The notes: generated by a model not told the origin, from the letters alone. A stretch of 34,371 nucleotides of DNA from Chthonomonadaceae bacterium (GCA_035650735.1 DASRGZ010000116.1:1-34371), one strand, 5' to 3'. Positions 8,622 to 18,481 are shown, numbered from the stretch's first letter. Numbers and translations: made by a program.

Positions 8622-9308
8622 ATGACGTCCATCCTGTTAGCCCTGTTTTTCGCGTTAGGAACGCAGGCTGCGCCGCATACTGCCGCCTGGCAGGCGACCG
8701 GCACCCTGCTGGAGTGCTGCACCTGCGCCGTGCCCTGCACCTGCAACTTCGGCCAGGGTCCCTCTCCCAACGCTTTCTGCCATACCATCTATGCCTATCG
8801 CCTCAAGGCCGCCCGCTACGCTGGCGTTACGCTCGATGGCCTGATCTTCGGTGGCGGCGAAGGCCCACAGGGTGCCTTTGGCTTCCTCGATTCGCGCGCC
8901 ACAACCGCTCAGCGCCCGGCCCTGCAGAAGCTGGCGCTGGCCGTCTTCGCCAAAGGCGGCGCCTCCCCGGGAGAACGCCGCTTTGCCTGGACGCGTGTCA
9001 CCGCCGAAGACAACGCGCGGCAGTTCCGTATTCAGTTTGAGGGCAGCGGCGGCTTCACGGCGGAGGTCCTCCTCGGCGGCGATGGCAAGAACCCGATCAT
9101 CGTGGAGAACAACCTCACCTGGCCGGTGCATCGGTTCATCAAAGGCAAAACCACGCGCTTCGACTACAAAGACCCGCTCGGCAACCGCCTCCACTATGAG
9201 GGCACGAACGCCAACCTCGGCGAGTTCCATCTTTCCGGCATCGAAACCTCCCATGCGGGTCGGGTTCCCCGCACCGCAGAGGCAAGCTGCTGCTCCCTGA
9301 AGAGGTGA
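8622..9308 (+). CDS. Secreted DUF1326-like Cys-motif protein
   Basis: Signal peptide; W..TGTLLECCTCAVPCTCNFG...FC, Y.GVTLDGL; AGGAGG/GAGGA RBS. Confidence 0.7.
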   Translation: MTSILLALFFALGTQAAPHTAAWQATGTLLECCTCAVPCTCNFGQGPSPNAFCHTIYAYRLKAARYAGVTLDGLIFGGGEGPQGAFGFLDSRATTAQRPALQKLALAVFAKGGASPGERRFAWTRVTAEDNARQFRIQFEGSGGFTAEVLLGGDGKNPIIVENNLTWPVHRFIKGKTTRFDYKDPLGNRLHYEGTNANLGEFHLSGIETSHAGRVPRTAEASCCSLKR

Positions 9309-9645
9309 TTCGGTCGCCCTGCTCTATAGCGGCCTGCCGGCATTGCGACGCAGAGGCATCCTCCTGCGCCAAACCAAGACAAGCCCCGCCGTGACGAGAA
9401 CGCCACATTCGCGGGGCTTGCCAATCCAAACAAGACTCTCTTCGCTCTCAATTTCTTGGACGCACGCCTGGCTCCCACGCCTCAAGCCGGAATCACGACC
9501 TTCGCGAGAATATCGCGACCCGGCCAAACTGGTTGGGTCCCCTACACGTGCTCAGGAAAGACGGAACTCCGAAGCCGGAGGTTCCCGACTTTGCCGCTTT
9601 CGTGGGGAGGACGAGGCGCTCGCCCTGTCGGAGGTCGGCAGGGGC

Positions 9646-9674
9646 TTGCAAATGAAGGCGGGTTAAAGTATACT
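9646..9674 (+). promoter_or_regulatory. Sigma70-type promoter for Rrf2-cysK
   Basis: TTGCAA-17bp-TATACT. Confidence 0.7.
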
Positions 9675-9689
9675 ATTTTAGTCAGAAAT
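9665..9689. promoter_or_regulatory. Putative Rrf2 (CymR/IscR-type) autoregulatory operator
   Basis: AT-rich AAAGTATACTATTTTAGTCAGAAAT overlaps the -10 and resembles Rrf2-family boxes (ACT-W4-5-AGT core). Confidence 0.5.
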
Positions 9690-9754
9690 ATAAGGAAAGA
9701 GGCCGTATGGAAGGCACCGTGCGCTGACGAACTCTCCAGACGAGGCACCTACCG

Positions 9755-10210
9755 ATGGGTTTTTTCAATTCAAAACTGCGCTATGCGCTTTGCGCCGCTA
9801 TAGACCTGGCCCTGCAGCCGATGAACGAGGCCTGCCAGAGCCGGGAGATCGCGGCCCGGCAGAACATTCCTGGTCCCTACCTGGATCAGATATTGGCCTC
9901 GCTCAAGGGGGCGGGCATCGTCCGCAGCATTCGGGGCGCTGGCGGCGGCTACAACCTGGCCCGCGCGCCGGAACGGATCACGGTGGGCGATGTGGTGCGC
10001 GCGCTGATGCGCAGCGACCGCTTGTTTGCCAGTTGCAGCGAGGAGGAAGCGCGCGACATCCATGCGCCCGGCGTCACCTGGATTGTGCGTGAGTTTGAGG
10101 AGCAGGTCGAGGCCAATCTGACCCAGCAACTCGACTCCGTGACGCTGGCCGACCTCGCCCATCGCAAGGCGGCCCTCGACGACGCCCTGAGTTATATGCC
10201 CGGTATTTAA
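9755..10210 (+). CDS. cymR: Rrf2-family regulator, CymR-like
   Basis: SKLRYAL..IAARQNIP..YLDQIL..L..AGIV.SIRGAGGGY.LAR..ERITVGDVV. Lacks the IscR three-Cys cluster. C-terminus YMPGI. Upstream of cysK. Confidence 0.8.
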   Translation: MGFFNSKLRYALCAAIDLALQPMNEACQSREIAARQNIPGPYLDQILASLKGAGIVRSIRGAGGGYNLARAPERITVGDVVRALMRSDRLFASCSEEEARDIHAPGVTWIVREFEEQVEANLTQQLDSVTLADLAHRKAALDDALSYMPGI

Positions 10211-10221
10211 TCTGGAAGCAG

Positions 10222-10450
10222 GCCCTCCACCGTCTTTGCGCAGCCATCCCTAAAGGGATGGGCTGTGTCGCTAGGCGGAGGGCTGTCGCAAGGCGAAGCG
10301 CCGATCCATTGCAGGCCCGACCCTTGCAGTGGGCAAGCCCCATCAATGGGGCTGCCAGAGGTTAGTCCGTCCCCTTCTAGGGCCACCAGAAGGGAGGTTA
10401 GCCCCCTTCAGGGGGCTTGCCGTCTACAGCCCGGTCCTTTAGGGTCGGGC
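10222..10450. repeat. Nested palindromic (REPIN-like) elements between Rrf2 and cysK
   Basis: cagccatccctaaagggatgggctg; inverted pairs gcccgaccct (10315-10324)/agggtcgggc (10441-10450) and ggcaagcccc (10332-10341)/ggggcttgcc (10412-10421). Confidence 0.6.
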
Positions 10451-10549
10451 GCAGCCGGGTTTCCATCTTAGAAAGAGAATCCCGTCCGCAAGCAGTAGCG
10501 CGCTGCCGCCCGGCGTTCCCTGGCGTGCAGGCGTCGGAAGGAGATAGGA

Positions 10550-11491
10550 ATGCGAATTGCCAATAACGCTACCGAACTGATCGGCAATACTCCCCTGGTG
10601 CGCCTGAATCGCGTCACGGAGGGCGCCAAGGCCCAGGTTTTAGCGAAGCTGGAGTTTTTCAATCCGCTTGGCAGCGTCAAGGACCGTATCGGCGTGGCGA
10701 TGATCGAGGCGGGAGAGCGCGCCGGGAAGATCAAGCCGGACACCATCATCCTGGAGCCGACCAGCGGCAATACCGGAATCGCCCTGGCGTTTACGTGCGC
10801 GGCCAAAGGCTATAAGTGCACGCTGGTCATGCCGGAGACCATGTCGGTGGAGCGGCGCATCCTGCTGCGCGCCCTCGGCGCGGAGTTGGTGCTGACGCCA
10901 GGGCCGGAAGGAATGCCGGGCGCCATCCGCAAAGCGGAAGAGATCGCCGCCTCCGCCCCGGGCCGCTACTTCATCCCGCAGCAGTTCCAGAACCCGGCCA
11001 ACCCCGAAATCCATCGCCGCACGACCGCCGAAGAGATATGGCGGGACACGGAAGGACAGTGCGATATCCTGGTGGCCGGAGTCGGCACCGGCGGCACCAT
11101 CACGGGCGTCGGCGAAGTCATCAAGGCGCGCAAGCCCAGCTTCCAATGCATCGCCGTTGAGCCGGCGGCCTCGGCGGTCCTGAGCGGCAAATCCAAAGGC
11201 TCGCATCCTATCCAGGGCATCGGCGCGGGCTTCATTCCCGACATTCTCAATACCAAGGTCATTGACGAGATCATCACCGTAGAGAACCAGGATGCCATGG
11301 AGATGACCCGCCGCCTGGCCAAAGAGGAAGGTATCTTCGCGGGCATCTCCTCCGGCGCCGCGGTCTGGGCGGCGGTTCAGGTGGCCAAGCGCCCGGAGAA
11401 CGCGGGCAAGATGATCATCGTCATCATTCCCTCGACCGGCGAGCGCTATCTCTCTACGCCAACCTACTCCATCTACGCTGACCAGCCGTGA
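10550..11491 (+). CDS. cysK: Cysteine synthase A (O-acetylserine sulfhydrylase)
   Basis: [21 protein letters not shown] (PLP Lys), [29 protein letters not shown]. Confidence 0.96.
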   Translation: MRIANNATELIGNTPLVRLNRVTEGAKAQVLAKLEFFNPLGSVKDRIGVAMIEAGERAGKIKPDTIILEPTSGNTGIALAFTCAAKGYKCTLVMPETMSVERRILLRALGAELVLTPGPEGMPGAIRKAEEIAASAPGRYFIPQQFQNPANPEIHRRTTAEEIWRDTEGQCDILVAGVGTGGTITGVGEVIKARKPSFQCIAVEPAASAVLSGKSKGSHPIQGIGAGFIPDILNTKVIDEIITVENQDAMEMTRRLAKEEGIFAGISSGAAVWAAVQVAKRPENAGKMIIVIIPSTGERYLSTPTYSIYADQP

Positions 11492-11545
11492 TCGGGAAAC
11501 CCGACATGCTGCCGCCATGTCGTTATGTTACCTCTCCTCATGCCG

Positions 11546-12298
11546 CTAGTCGAGAAACGGCACGAGAGTCGATAATACCCTGCCAGGGCACGACCACAGC
11601 ATGAAATGGTCGCCGCCGGGGAAGAGAGCGAGCTGTGCGTTGGGGAGGAGCCGATACATCTCCACGGCGTGCTCGGGGCGGATTCCTTCGCGGTCGCCCA
11701 TCATGATGAGCGTCTGCGCCTTAATCTCCTTGAGCTCCGCCGCCGAATATCCCTTGAAGTCGCGCCCCAGTTCCTTGATTTTTGTCACCAGGACAGGCCA
11801 GCGCGCCGGATCGGGCGCGGTCCTGTCGTAAGGCTCCTTTAGCACCGGCGGAGCGAAGTCGGCGGAAAGACTCTGATATTGCTGATAGGCTTCGGGCTCG
11901 TAGGCATCCCTGGGGCTGTCGGAGCAGGCGCCCAGGATCGCCAGTTTACCTACGAGTTCGGGATACCGGATGGCGACCGTCAGGGCGGCGGTGCCTCCCA
12001 TGCTATAGCCGAAGACATCCGCACTCGGAATCAGCAACTGCTTCAATAGCTCGGCGATGTCGTCCGCCATTTGCTCAAACGACAGCGGCTGATCGCGGTC
12101 GGCGGTATGCCCGTGCCCTTGCAGCTCGACCACGATAACCTGATGAGTCTTTGCCAGCGTCGGAAGAACGGTGGCCCACCCTCCTGCGGTGCCGAACGAG
12201 CCATGAAGCAGCACGAGCGGCTTGCCCGAGCCGTGGACCTCATAGTACATCTTAAGACCGTTCACCTCCGCATAGCTGCCATCAGCGCCTTGACTCAT
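11546..12298 (-). CDS. Alpha/beta fold hydrolase
   Basis: LLHG, GHGHT, GYSMGG nucleophile elbow, C-terminal His (GDH). Confidence 0.88.
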   Translation of the reverse strand: MSQGADGSYAEVNGLKMYYEVHGSGKPLVLLHGSFGTAGGWATVLPTLAKTHQVIVVELQGHGHTADRDQPLSFEQMADDIAELLKQLLIPSADVFGYSMGGTAALTVAIRYPELVGKLAILGACSDSPRDAYEPEAYQQYQSLSADFAPPVLKEPYDRTAPDPARWPVLVTKIKELGRDFKGYSAAELKEIKAQTLIMMGDREGIRPEHAVEMYRLLPNAQLALFPGGDHFMLWSCPGRVLSTLVPFLD

Positions 12299-12416
12299 TT
12301 CGTTTCCTCCGGGTTTTCCACGATCACAGGAACAAGGGGCAGTACGAAGAAGAGGGCCGTTTTCACCGCCCTCTCGCCTTCTACGTTTCGGGGTAATACG
12401 CGCCTCGCGACGGGCA

Positions 12417-13145
12417 TTAGCCGTAGGTTGGCCTTTGCGGCCAGCCTGGCGGGGAGTCCTCGAAATCCTCCTGACGTCCGTAAGGGGTCATATCGAGGAG
12501 GCTGTAAGCATCGGTGACCCCTTCGACACCACGCGCATAGGTCGAGTAGGTATGGAAAATCTCGTCTCCCAGACGGAAGAAGACGCTCAGGCCATGCGCC
12601 TCCCCCTCCTGAAGATCCGGCCCGTGCCGCGCTTCCAGTTCTTCCTGGGTCTGAAAGTTGTATTCGATGGGAGCGATCTTGCGGTCATGCGTGACGTGGA
12701 AGTCGTAGTTAAAGCGGCTGCCGAGCGAAGAGTACCAGGGAAATTTCCATCCCTGTTTCGCTTTATAAGTCTCCAGCTTCGCCAGGGGCGCGCGGGAGAT
12801 GAGCGCAAAGGTCGTGTCGCGGTCGTGGAGCATGGAGAGATCGCCAAGGGAATTTACGAACCACGTGCAACCCGAGCAGCCCTCGTCCCACTGGGGATCG
12901 AACATGAAATGGTAGACGATAAGCTGACGGCGACCCTCGAACAGGTCCTTTAGGCTGGCCTTGCCTTGCGGGCCGTCGAAAATGTACTGCGAGTCGATTT
13001 TGACCATAGGGAGCCTTCGCCGCTCGGCGTTGACCCGATCCCGATGTCTGGTGAGCTCTTTCTCCTGTTGGAGAAGCGTCTTGCGCTGGGCAAGCCATTC
13101 CTCATAGGAAACGATGGGTGGATGCGGCACCTGATCCTCTGCCAT
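12417..13145 (-). CDS. DUF899 family thioredoxin-like protein
   Basis: [60 protein letters not shown]. Confidence 0.88.
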   Translation of the reverse strand: MAEDQVPHPPIVSYEEWLAQRKTLLQQEKELTRHRDRVNAERRRLPMVKIDSQYIFDGPQGKASLKDLFEGRRQLIVYHFMFDPQWDEGCSGCTWFVNSLGDLSMLHDRDTTFALISRAPLAKLETYKAKQGWKFPWYSSLGSRFNYDFHVTHDRKIAPIEYNFQTQEELEARHGPDLQEGEAHGLSVFFRLGDEIFHTYSTYARGVEGVTDAYSLLDMTPYGRQEDFEDSPPGWPQRPTYG

Positions 13146-13246
13146 TCCCGTAACTCCTTTCTTGTTGGCGGGTCGCCTGCTGGCATGTTCTTATCCTCCC
13201 ATGCAGAACCGGCGCCCTGCCACTAAATCCATAGCCCCTATCAACC

Positions 13247-13284
13247 AACGAAGGGTACGTGCCTTAACGAAGGGTACGTGCCTT
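13247..13284. repeat. Perfect 19-bp tandem repeat, likely regulator-binding sites upstream of the DUF899 gene
   Basis: aacgaagggtacgtgcctt x2 (13247-13265, 13266-13284). Confidence 0.7.
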
Positions 13285-13333
13285 CATTTTTCTCACTCTC
13301 AGACGATGGAACAGACCGGAAAGCGAGAGCGAC

Positions 13334-13366
13334 AAAAAAAGCCCTGGCAGCGACGGGAGCCAGGGC
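13334..13366 (-). terminator. Rho-independent terminator
   Basis: Minus strand gccctggc-loop-gccagggc followed by T7, just after the stop at 13388. Confidence 0.7.
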
Positions 13367-13387
13367 AGAATAGGTGGCTTGTAAGGC

Positions 13388-15280
13388 TTATTTGGCCGCT
13401 GTGCGCGTGGGGGCAGGCGTCGGCTTATGGGCTAGGTGCTCACCATCGCGGGTGGTGGTGATGAAGGCGACGCACATCTCATCCGTCGTCTGCTCGCCCC
13501 AGCCTACCGTGCGCAGCTTGCCCTTGTTGGGTTGGCGCGGGTTGTTGTCCGTGTTATCGTAATAGGCCAGTAGGCTGACTTTCGAGCCTTTGGGCAGGGC
13601 CAGCGGCTCCTTGAGGTAGTAGGTTGCCTGCCAGTTGAAGTCCCAGTCCTTGATCCAGACCAGCGGCTTCTCTGTGCCGTCCGGCAGGGTCGCCCAGATC
13701 TTCATCTCCCGGCCCAGCAGGTGCATGTGCGGAGTGACCGCCAGAACATGGACGTCCTCCAGCACCGGCATCATGGCGCGCACCTCATAATGCGGATCGC
13801 CGGGCGGGATCTTGAAGGTGAAGTTCAAGAGCAGCGGGCTGTGGACCTGCTTGTCTATCGTCGTGCGGGCAAAGTGCAGGCCGATCTTGGTGCGGTCTGT
13901 CTCCGGCTTGCCGTCCTTGTGATAGTGGACCTGAATGACGACGCGCGCTCCTTTGGGCAGCAGCGTACCTACGCCGTCGGGCAGGAAACGAGGCTCATTG
14001 CCGGGCGCCCATCCGCCGATAAAGCCCGAGGGAATAAAGCCCGGCCCGCCAAAGCTGGTATATCCCGGCTCGCCATCCTTGTCCTTCCCTAAAAGCTTCT
14101 CGGAGGCGCCGTTGGGGTCAATGAAGTTTATTACATGATGCACGACGGCGCGGTTGCCGGGCCGCACCTCCACCGCGCTGACATAGCGATCCTCGGGGAA
14201 GTTGGTCTTGACCACGAAGTTGCGGTAGACGTCATCGCCGTCGGCGGCTAGGTGATAATCCCGGTCGGCCATCAGTACGACGTCCGGCTCGCCTAGCTGC
14301 CAGCCCTGCGCGAAATGGCGGGGCGGCGGCGCCTGCTTCGGATCGCCCAGCGGTGCGCCTGCATCGGCCCATTTGGCCAGCGTGGCGATCTCCTGCTCGG
14401 TCAGGGTACGCTCGTGCTCCTCCCGGAACGCGCCGTAACCGGGCGCGGGCTTCCAGGGCGGCATCTGGCGGGACTGCGTGTATTGCTTGATGGCTCCGGC
14501 CCAGGCGCGGGCCTGCGCGTAGGTTTGCAGCGAGAACGGCGCGACCTCGCCGGGCCGATGGCAGCCTTCGCACTTGGCCTGCAGGATCGGGGCTACGTCA
14601 TGGGCATAGGTAGGAGCGCCCTTGATCGCGATCACCGGCGCGCTGGCGCCTGGAATAACGCAGCCAAATGCGGTCGTCTTCGGATGCGCAACCGGCTTGC
14701 CGGCCAGCACCGCCTCCAGGGCATCGTCGAGGTCGTGTGCGGTTACCCGCGTGGAGACGACGTTATCATCAATGCGCCCGGAGTACGCCACGACGCCGCG
14801 CGCGTCTACCACGACCGCCTGCGGGGTGATCTTAGCGCCGAATTTCTTAGCCAGGGTTCCCTGTGGATCACGGACTACGGGGAAGGTGAAGCCGTGCTCG
14901 CGCGCGTGCTTGCGGATGGCGGCCAGGCTCTCCTGGGGATCGGAGTAGACGGCAAAGACCTGCACGCCCCGCCTGGCATAGTCCGCCGCGAGGCGGTTGA
15001 GGCGTGGGGCATAGGCGTTCGAGACCGGACACTGGCTGGCAACGAACAGAAAGACGCTGGCCTTGTGCGCCGCGATGTCCTGCGCGCTATAGGCTTTGCC
15101 GTCCGTATCGCGAAAGGAGATCGTGCCGAAGCCGCCCGCTTTGCCGGTTACGGCCTTGCCCGGGGCCGAGCCGCTGCCGACCGGGGCCAGGCCCCAGGCA
15201 GCCAGGGCAACCGAAACCGCTATACCCATCAGACAGAGCGCGCCGCCCGCGCGCCGGATTGTACTTTTTTTCACGTTCAT
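13388..15280 (-). CDS. Exported redoxin + heme c + copper type II monooxygenase-like (PHM/DBH fold) fusion protein
   Basis: Signal peptide; redoxin CPVS..YSGRIDD..AFGC; CEGCH; VVHH, QVHYH, PHMHLLG, WDFNWQ, DEMC. Start set at MNVKK. Confidence 0.8.
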   Translation of the reverse strand: MNVKKSTIRRAGGALCLMGIAVSVALAAWGLAPVGSGSAPGKAVTGKAGGFGTISFRDTDGKAYSAQDIAAHKASVFLFVASQCPVSNAYAPRLNRLAADYARRGVQVFAVYSDPQESLAAIRKHAREHGFTFPVVRDPQGTLAKKFGAKITPQAVVVDARGVVAYSGRIDDNVVSTRVTAHDLDDALEAVLAGKPVAHPKTTAFGCVIPGASAPVIAIKGAPTYAHDVAPILQAKCEGCHRPGEVAPFSLQTYAQARAWAGAIKQYTQSRQMPPWKPAPGYGAFREEHERTLTEQEIATLAKWADAGAPLGDPKQAPPPRHFAQGWQLGEPDVVLMADRDYHLAADGDDVYRNFVVKTNFPEDRYVSAVEVRPGNRAVVHHVINFIDPNGASEKLLGKDKDGEPGYTSFGGPGFIPSGFIGGWAPGNEPRFLPDGVGTLLPKGARVVIQVHYHKDGKPETDRTKIGLHFARTTIDKQVHSPLLLNFTFKIPPGDPHYEVRAMMPVLEDVHVLAVTPHMHLLGREMKIWATLPDGTEKPLVWIKDWDFNWQATYYLKEPLALPKGSKVSLLAYYDNTDNNPRQPNKGKLRTVGWGEQTTDEMCVAFITTTRDGEHLAHKPTPAPTRTAAK

Positions 15281-15352
15281 GGGCGTACCCTCACTTGCCA
15301 CGGATCCCAACCTGGTTCTCTGGTTATTATAACCCCAGACGGCGTTCCGGCG

Positions 15353-16267
15353 CTAGGGTTTCAGGTGCCGCGCAAAAAAATCCTCGATCAGCGCATGGGC
15401 TTTCTGCTGGTTTTGCGGGCGCAGGAAGCCATGCCCGTCTTTTTCCATTGGCACGAACGTCGCCTCCACGCCCGCCCGCCGCAGCGCGTTATAGAGCCGC
15501 TGCGATTGATCAATGGGCACCAGCGTATCGGCGGTGCCGTGGAGGATCAGGAACGGGGCCGCGCGTCCGCTTACGTAGAGGATGGGCGAGCCGTCGCGAT
15601 AGAGCGCGGGGGCTTGATCCTGGGTCTTGCCGAAGAAGAGGGTCAATATCTGGATCGCCTGTGGGTTAAGTACGCTGGAAGCGGGCAGCGTGAAATCCGT
15701 CGGGCCGTAGAGGTCTACGACGCACTGCACCCGGCTGCTGTAGCGGGCCAGCTCCGAGTCGGCGTTATCGCGGGTATCGCGCATGCCGAGGAAGGCGACC
15801 AGGTGACCGCCCGCCGAGTCGCCGAGCGCGCCGATGCGGTTCGGGTCGAGGTTATACTCGCCGGCATGGGCGCGAATCCAGCGCACCGCCCGCTGCACGT
15901 CATCTAGCTGCGTCGGGTAATGGTAGAGGGGAGCGAGCCGATAGTTGATGGCGAAGGCCACGTAGCCTTTCCGGGCGAGCTCCTGCCCGATGCCCTCATA
16001 GTAGCTCTTATCGCCGCCCATCCAGCCGCCGCCATGCACCAGCACGACGCCGGGACGCCTGCCCCTGGCTGCCTCCGGCTGATAGACATCCAGAAGCAGC
16101 TTCGTCCCATTCACTGTGCCGTAAACGACGTTTTTCTGGACGCGAATTTCGGACGCGCGGGCCAGACACGGCGCGAGGCCGAGGGCCATCAGCGCCCACC
16201 CCAGGCCGATAGTCCGCGCCAACACACGAGAAACCTGCGAAAAAGGATACACGGAAAGAATCCTCAC
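15353..16267 (-). CDS. Secreted alpha/beta hydrolase (HSL/BD-FAE-like esterase)
   Basis: HGGGW, NYRLAP, GDSAGGH, HGTADTLV, GHG; start codon uncertain. Confidence 0.85.
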   Translation of the reverse strand: MRILSVYPFSQVSRVLARTIGLGWALMALGLAPCLARASEIRVQKNVVYGTVNGTKLLLDVYQPEAARGRRPGVVLVHGGGWMGGDKSYYEGIGQELARKGYVAFAINYRLAPLYHYPTQLDDVQRAVRWIRAHAGEYNLDPNRIGALGDSAGGHLVAFLGMRDTRDNADSELARYSSRVQCVVDLYGPTDFTLPASSVLNPQAIQILTLFFGKTQDQAPALYRDGSPILYVSGRAAPFLILHGTADTLVPIDQSQRLYNALRRAGVEATFVPMEKDGHGFLRPQNQQKAHALIEDFFARHLKP

Positions 16268-16297
16268 GGTGAATTTGAGAAGGAGAGAGGAGGGCCT

Positions 16298-17731
16298 TCA
16301 CCGCCCCGGCTGTTTTTGACCCAGCTTCCGCTCGATGACGGCACAGATACTCTCAACCACCTCTTCGACGGTGGCCTGATCCGTTCCTTGCGCCATCACC
16401 CGGATCAGCGGCTCCGTGCCGGAGGGCCGCACCGAAAGCCACTCCGGGCTGCCCAGGCGCTTCCGGCCTTCCTCGATGGCCCCCTGGATGTCCGGGTCTT
16501 CCCGCCAGCCCTGCTTGGTCCGCACTCGCACATTGCGCAGCAATTGCGGGCAGGTTTGCACGACGCTTGCCAGCTCCGAGAGCGGCTTGCCGGCCTCATG
16601 CATCACCGCCAGCACTTGCAGCGCCGTCACCAGCCCGTCGCCGGTCGGGGTCAGATGCGGCAGCAGAATATGCCCGCTCTGCTCGCCGCCGACCGCCGCG
16701 CCCAACTGATCCATCGCCTCGGCCACGTAGCGGTCGCCCACGTCGGTGCGGTGCAGCCGAAGGCCGTGTTCTCCCAGGGCCTGCTCCAGCCCCACGTTGC
16801 TCATAATGGTCGCCACGACCACGCCGCCGGGGAGCTTGCCCTGCGCGTGCAGGTGCAGCGCGATGATCGCCATCATGCGGTCGCCATCCACGATCTGGCC
16901 GCGTTCGTCGGCGAACATAACGCGGTCGGCGTCGCCGTCGAAGGCCAGACCGGCGTGCGCCCCGGCCTCGCGCGTCTTCGCGGCCATGTCTTGGGGCTTT
17001 GTGGACCCGCAATGCACGTTGATGTTGATGCCATCCGGCTCGGCATGGAGGACGATCAGCTCTGCGCCGAGGTCGCGGAATATCTGCGGGCCAAGCTGAT
17101 AGGCGGCTCCGTTGGCGCAATCCATCACCAGGCGCAGGCCGCTCAGGGACTCCGCCCCCGCGCTGCGCAGCGTCGCCATTACCCGCTGACGGTACTCCGC
17201 AACCGGCGCGTCCGACTCCACGACGCGCCCGATGTCGCCGCCGATGGGCCGGGGAAGGGTCTCCAGCCGGGAGAGCAGCGCCTCGATCTCATCTTCCACG
17301 CGGTCGGGCAGCTTCTTGCCGTTGCAGCCAAAAAACTTGATGCCGTTGTCGTCAAAGGGATTGTGCGAGGCGGAGATGACCACGCCCGCCGCCGCACCAT
17401 AGGCCAGCACGATCTGAGCAACAGCCGGCGTGGGAACGATGCCGACATTGATCACGTCCACGCCCACGGAGGCCAGCCCGGCAGCCAGCGCCGCCTCCAG
17501 CATATCCCCGGAGAGGCGCGTGTCGCGCCCGATGATGACAAAGGGCCGGTCGCCTTTCAGGCCCAGGGCCGCCAGGCGGTCGGCCTGGGCTGCGGGGGCC
17601 GTGGGACGGGGCGCGGCGGCGCGGAACCAGTGGCCTGCCGCCATGCCCAGGTGCAGGGCTAAGGGCGCGGTCAGGGTTTCGTTGGCGACGCCGCGCACGC
17701 CGTCCGTTCCGAAGAGGCGCTCCTTGCTCAT
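16298..17731 (-). CDS. glmM: Phosphoglucosamine mutase
   Basis: LFGTDGVRG, GRDTRLSG, ISASHNP, DGDADR, GGEQSGH, RPSGTEPLIRVM. Confidence 0.95.
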   Translation of the reverse strand: MSKERLFGTDGVRGVANETLTAPLALHLGMAAGHWFRAAAPRPTAPAAQADRLAALGLKGDRPFVIIGRDTRLSGDMLEAALAAGLASVGVDVINVGIVPTPAVAQIVLAYGAAAGVVISASHNPFDDNGIKFFGCNGKKLPDRVEDEIEALLSRLETLPRPIGGDIGRVVESDAPVAEYRQRVMATLRSAGAESLSGLRLVMDCANGAAYQLGPQIFRDLGAELIVLHAEPDGININVHCGSTKPQDMAAKTREAGAHAGLAFDGDADRVMFADERGQIVDGDRMMAIIALHLHAQGKLPGGVVVATIMSNVGLEQALGEHGLRLHRTDVGDRYVAEAMDQLGAAVGGEQSGHILLPHLTPTGDGLVTALQVLAVMHEAGKPLSELASVVQTCPQLLRNVRVRTKQGWREDPDIQGAIEEGRKRLGSPEWLSVRPSGTEPLIRVMAQGTDQATVEEVVESICAVIERKLGQKQPGR

Positions 17732-18438
17732 CAGCCCTGGGATACCTTTACCAGCGCCGGGCGCAGCACCCTATCGTGCAGGACGTAGCCGCGCTGAACC
17801 TCCTCCGCGACCGTGTTGGCCGGATGCTCCTCCGACTCCGTATGCCCTAGCGCCTCATGATAGCGTGGATCGAACTCCTGGCCGACCGCTTCGATGGGCT
17901 TGACGCCCGCCTTCTCGAGGAAGGACTGTAGCTGCCGGAGCGTGGCGGTCACTCCGCCGACGAGCGCATCGAAGTTCTTGGTCTGTTCGGCGGCGGCGAT
18001 GGCGCGCTCAAAGTTATCCAGGATCGGCAGCAGGGATTTGATAAGCTCGCTATTGGCGTACCGCTGCTGAGAGGCCATCTCCTCCTCCTTGCGGCGGCGG
18101 AAGTTCTGGAACTCGGCTTGCAGGTAGAGCAAGCGCTTTTCGGCCTCTTCGGCCTGCTGGCGGGCCTCTTCCAGATCGGCTTGCAGCGCGGTAATATAGG
18201 CGCTGGTAGCGTCGTCTACCGGTCGGGATTGGGCCGTGGCAGGCTCGCCTTGCGCCCGCTCCACCGGCGCGGCGCCGTTTCCGGCAGCCTCTTCCGGCTG
18301 ATGAGCGACCATCGGATCGACCGGCTCAGGCGGGTTGACATGATCCCCGAACTCCGGGGCGTTGGCGTCCGGGGCCAGTTCCGGCGCGCCCTCCGCGTCC
18401 AGGGGTTCGTCCGTTGTAACCTCAATCTTACGTCGCAT
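17731..18438 (-). CDS. grpE: Nucleotide exchange factor GrpE
   Basis: AEFQNFRRR, LLPILDNFERA, FDPRYHEA, GYVLHDRVLRPALVKVS. Start MRRKIE with AAGGAG. Stop overlaps the glmM ATG (TGATG). Confidence 0.95.
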   Translation of the reverse strand: MRRKIEVTTDEPLDAEGAPELAPDANAPEFGDHVNPPEPVDPMVAHQPEEAAGNGAAPVERAQGEPATAQSRPVDDATSAYITALQADLEEARQQAEEAEKRLLYLQAEFQNFRRRKEEEMASQQRYANSELIKSLLPILDNFERAIAAAEQTKNFDALVGGVTATLRQLQSFLEKAGVKPIEAVGQEFDPRYHEALGHTESEEHPANTVAEEVQRGYVLHDRVLRPALVKVSQG

Positions 18439-18461
18439 GAGATACAAGCTCCTTAATAAGC

Positions 18462-18481
18462 GGGTTAGGTCAAGAAGGGCC
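18462..18481 (-). repeat. 20-bp exact copy of the repeat end at 6253-6272
   Basis: Reverse complement ggcccttcttgacctaaccc is identical to 6253-6272. Confidence 0.6.
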
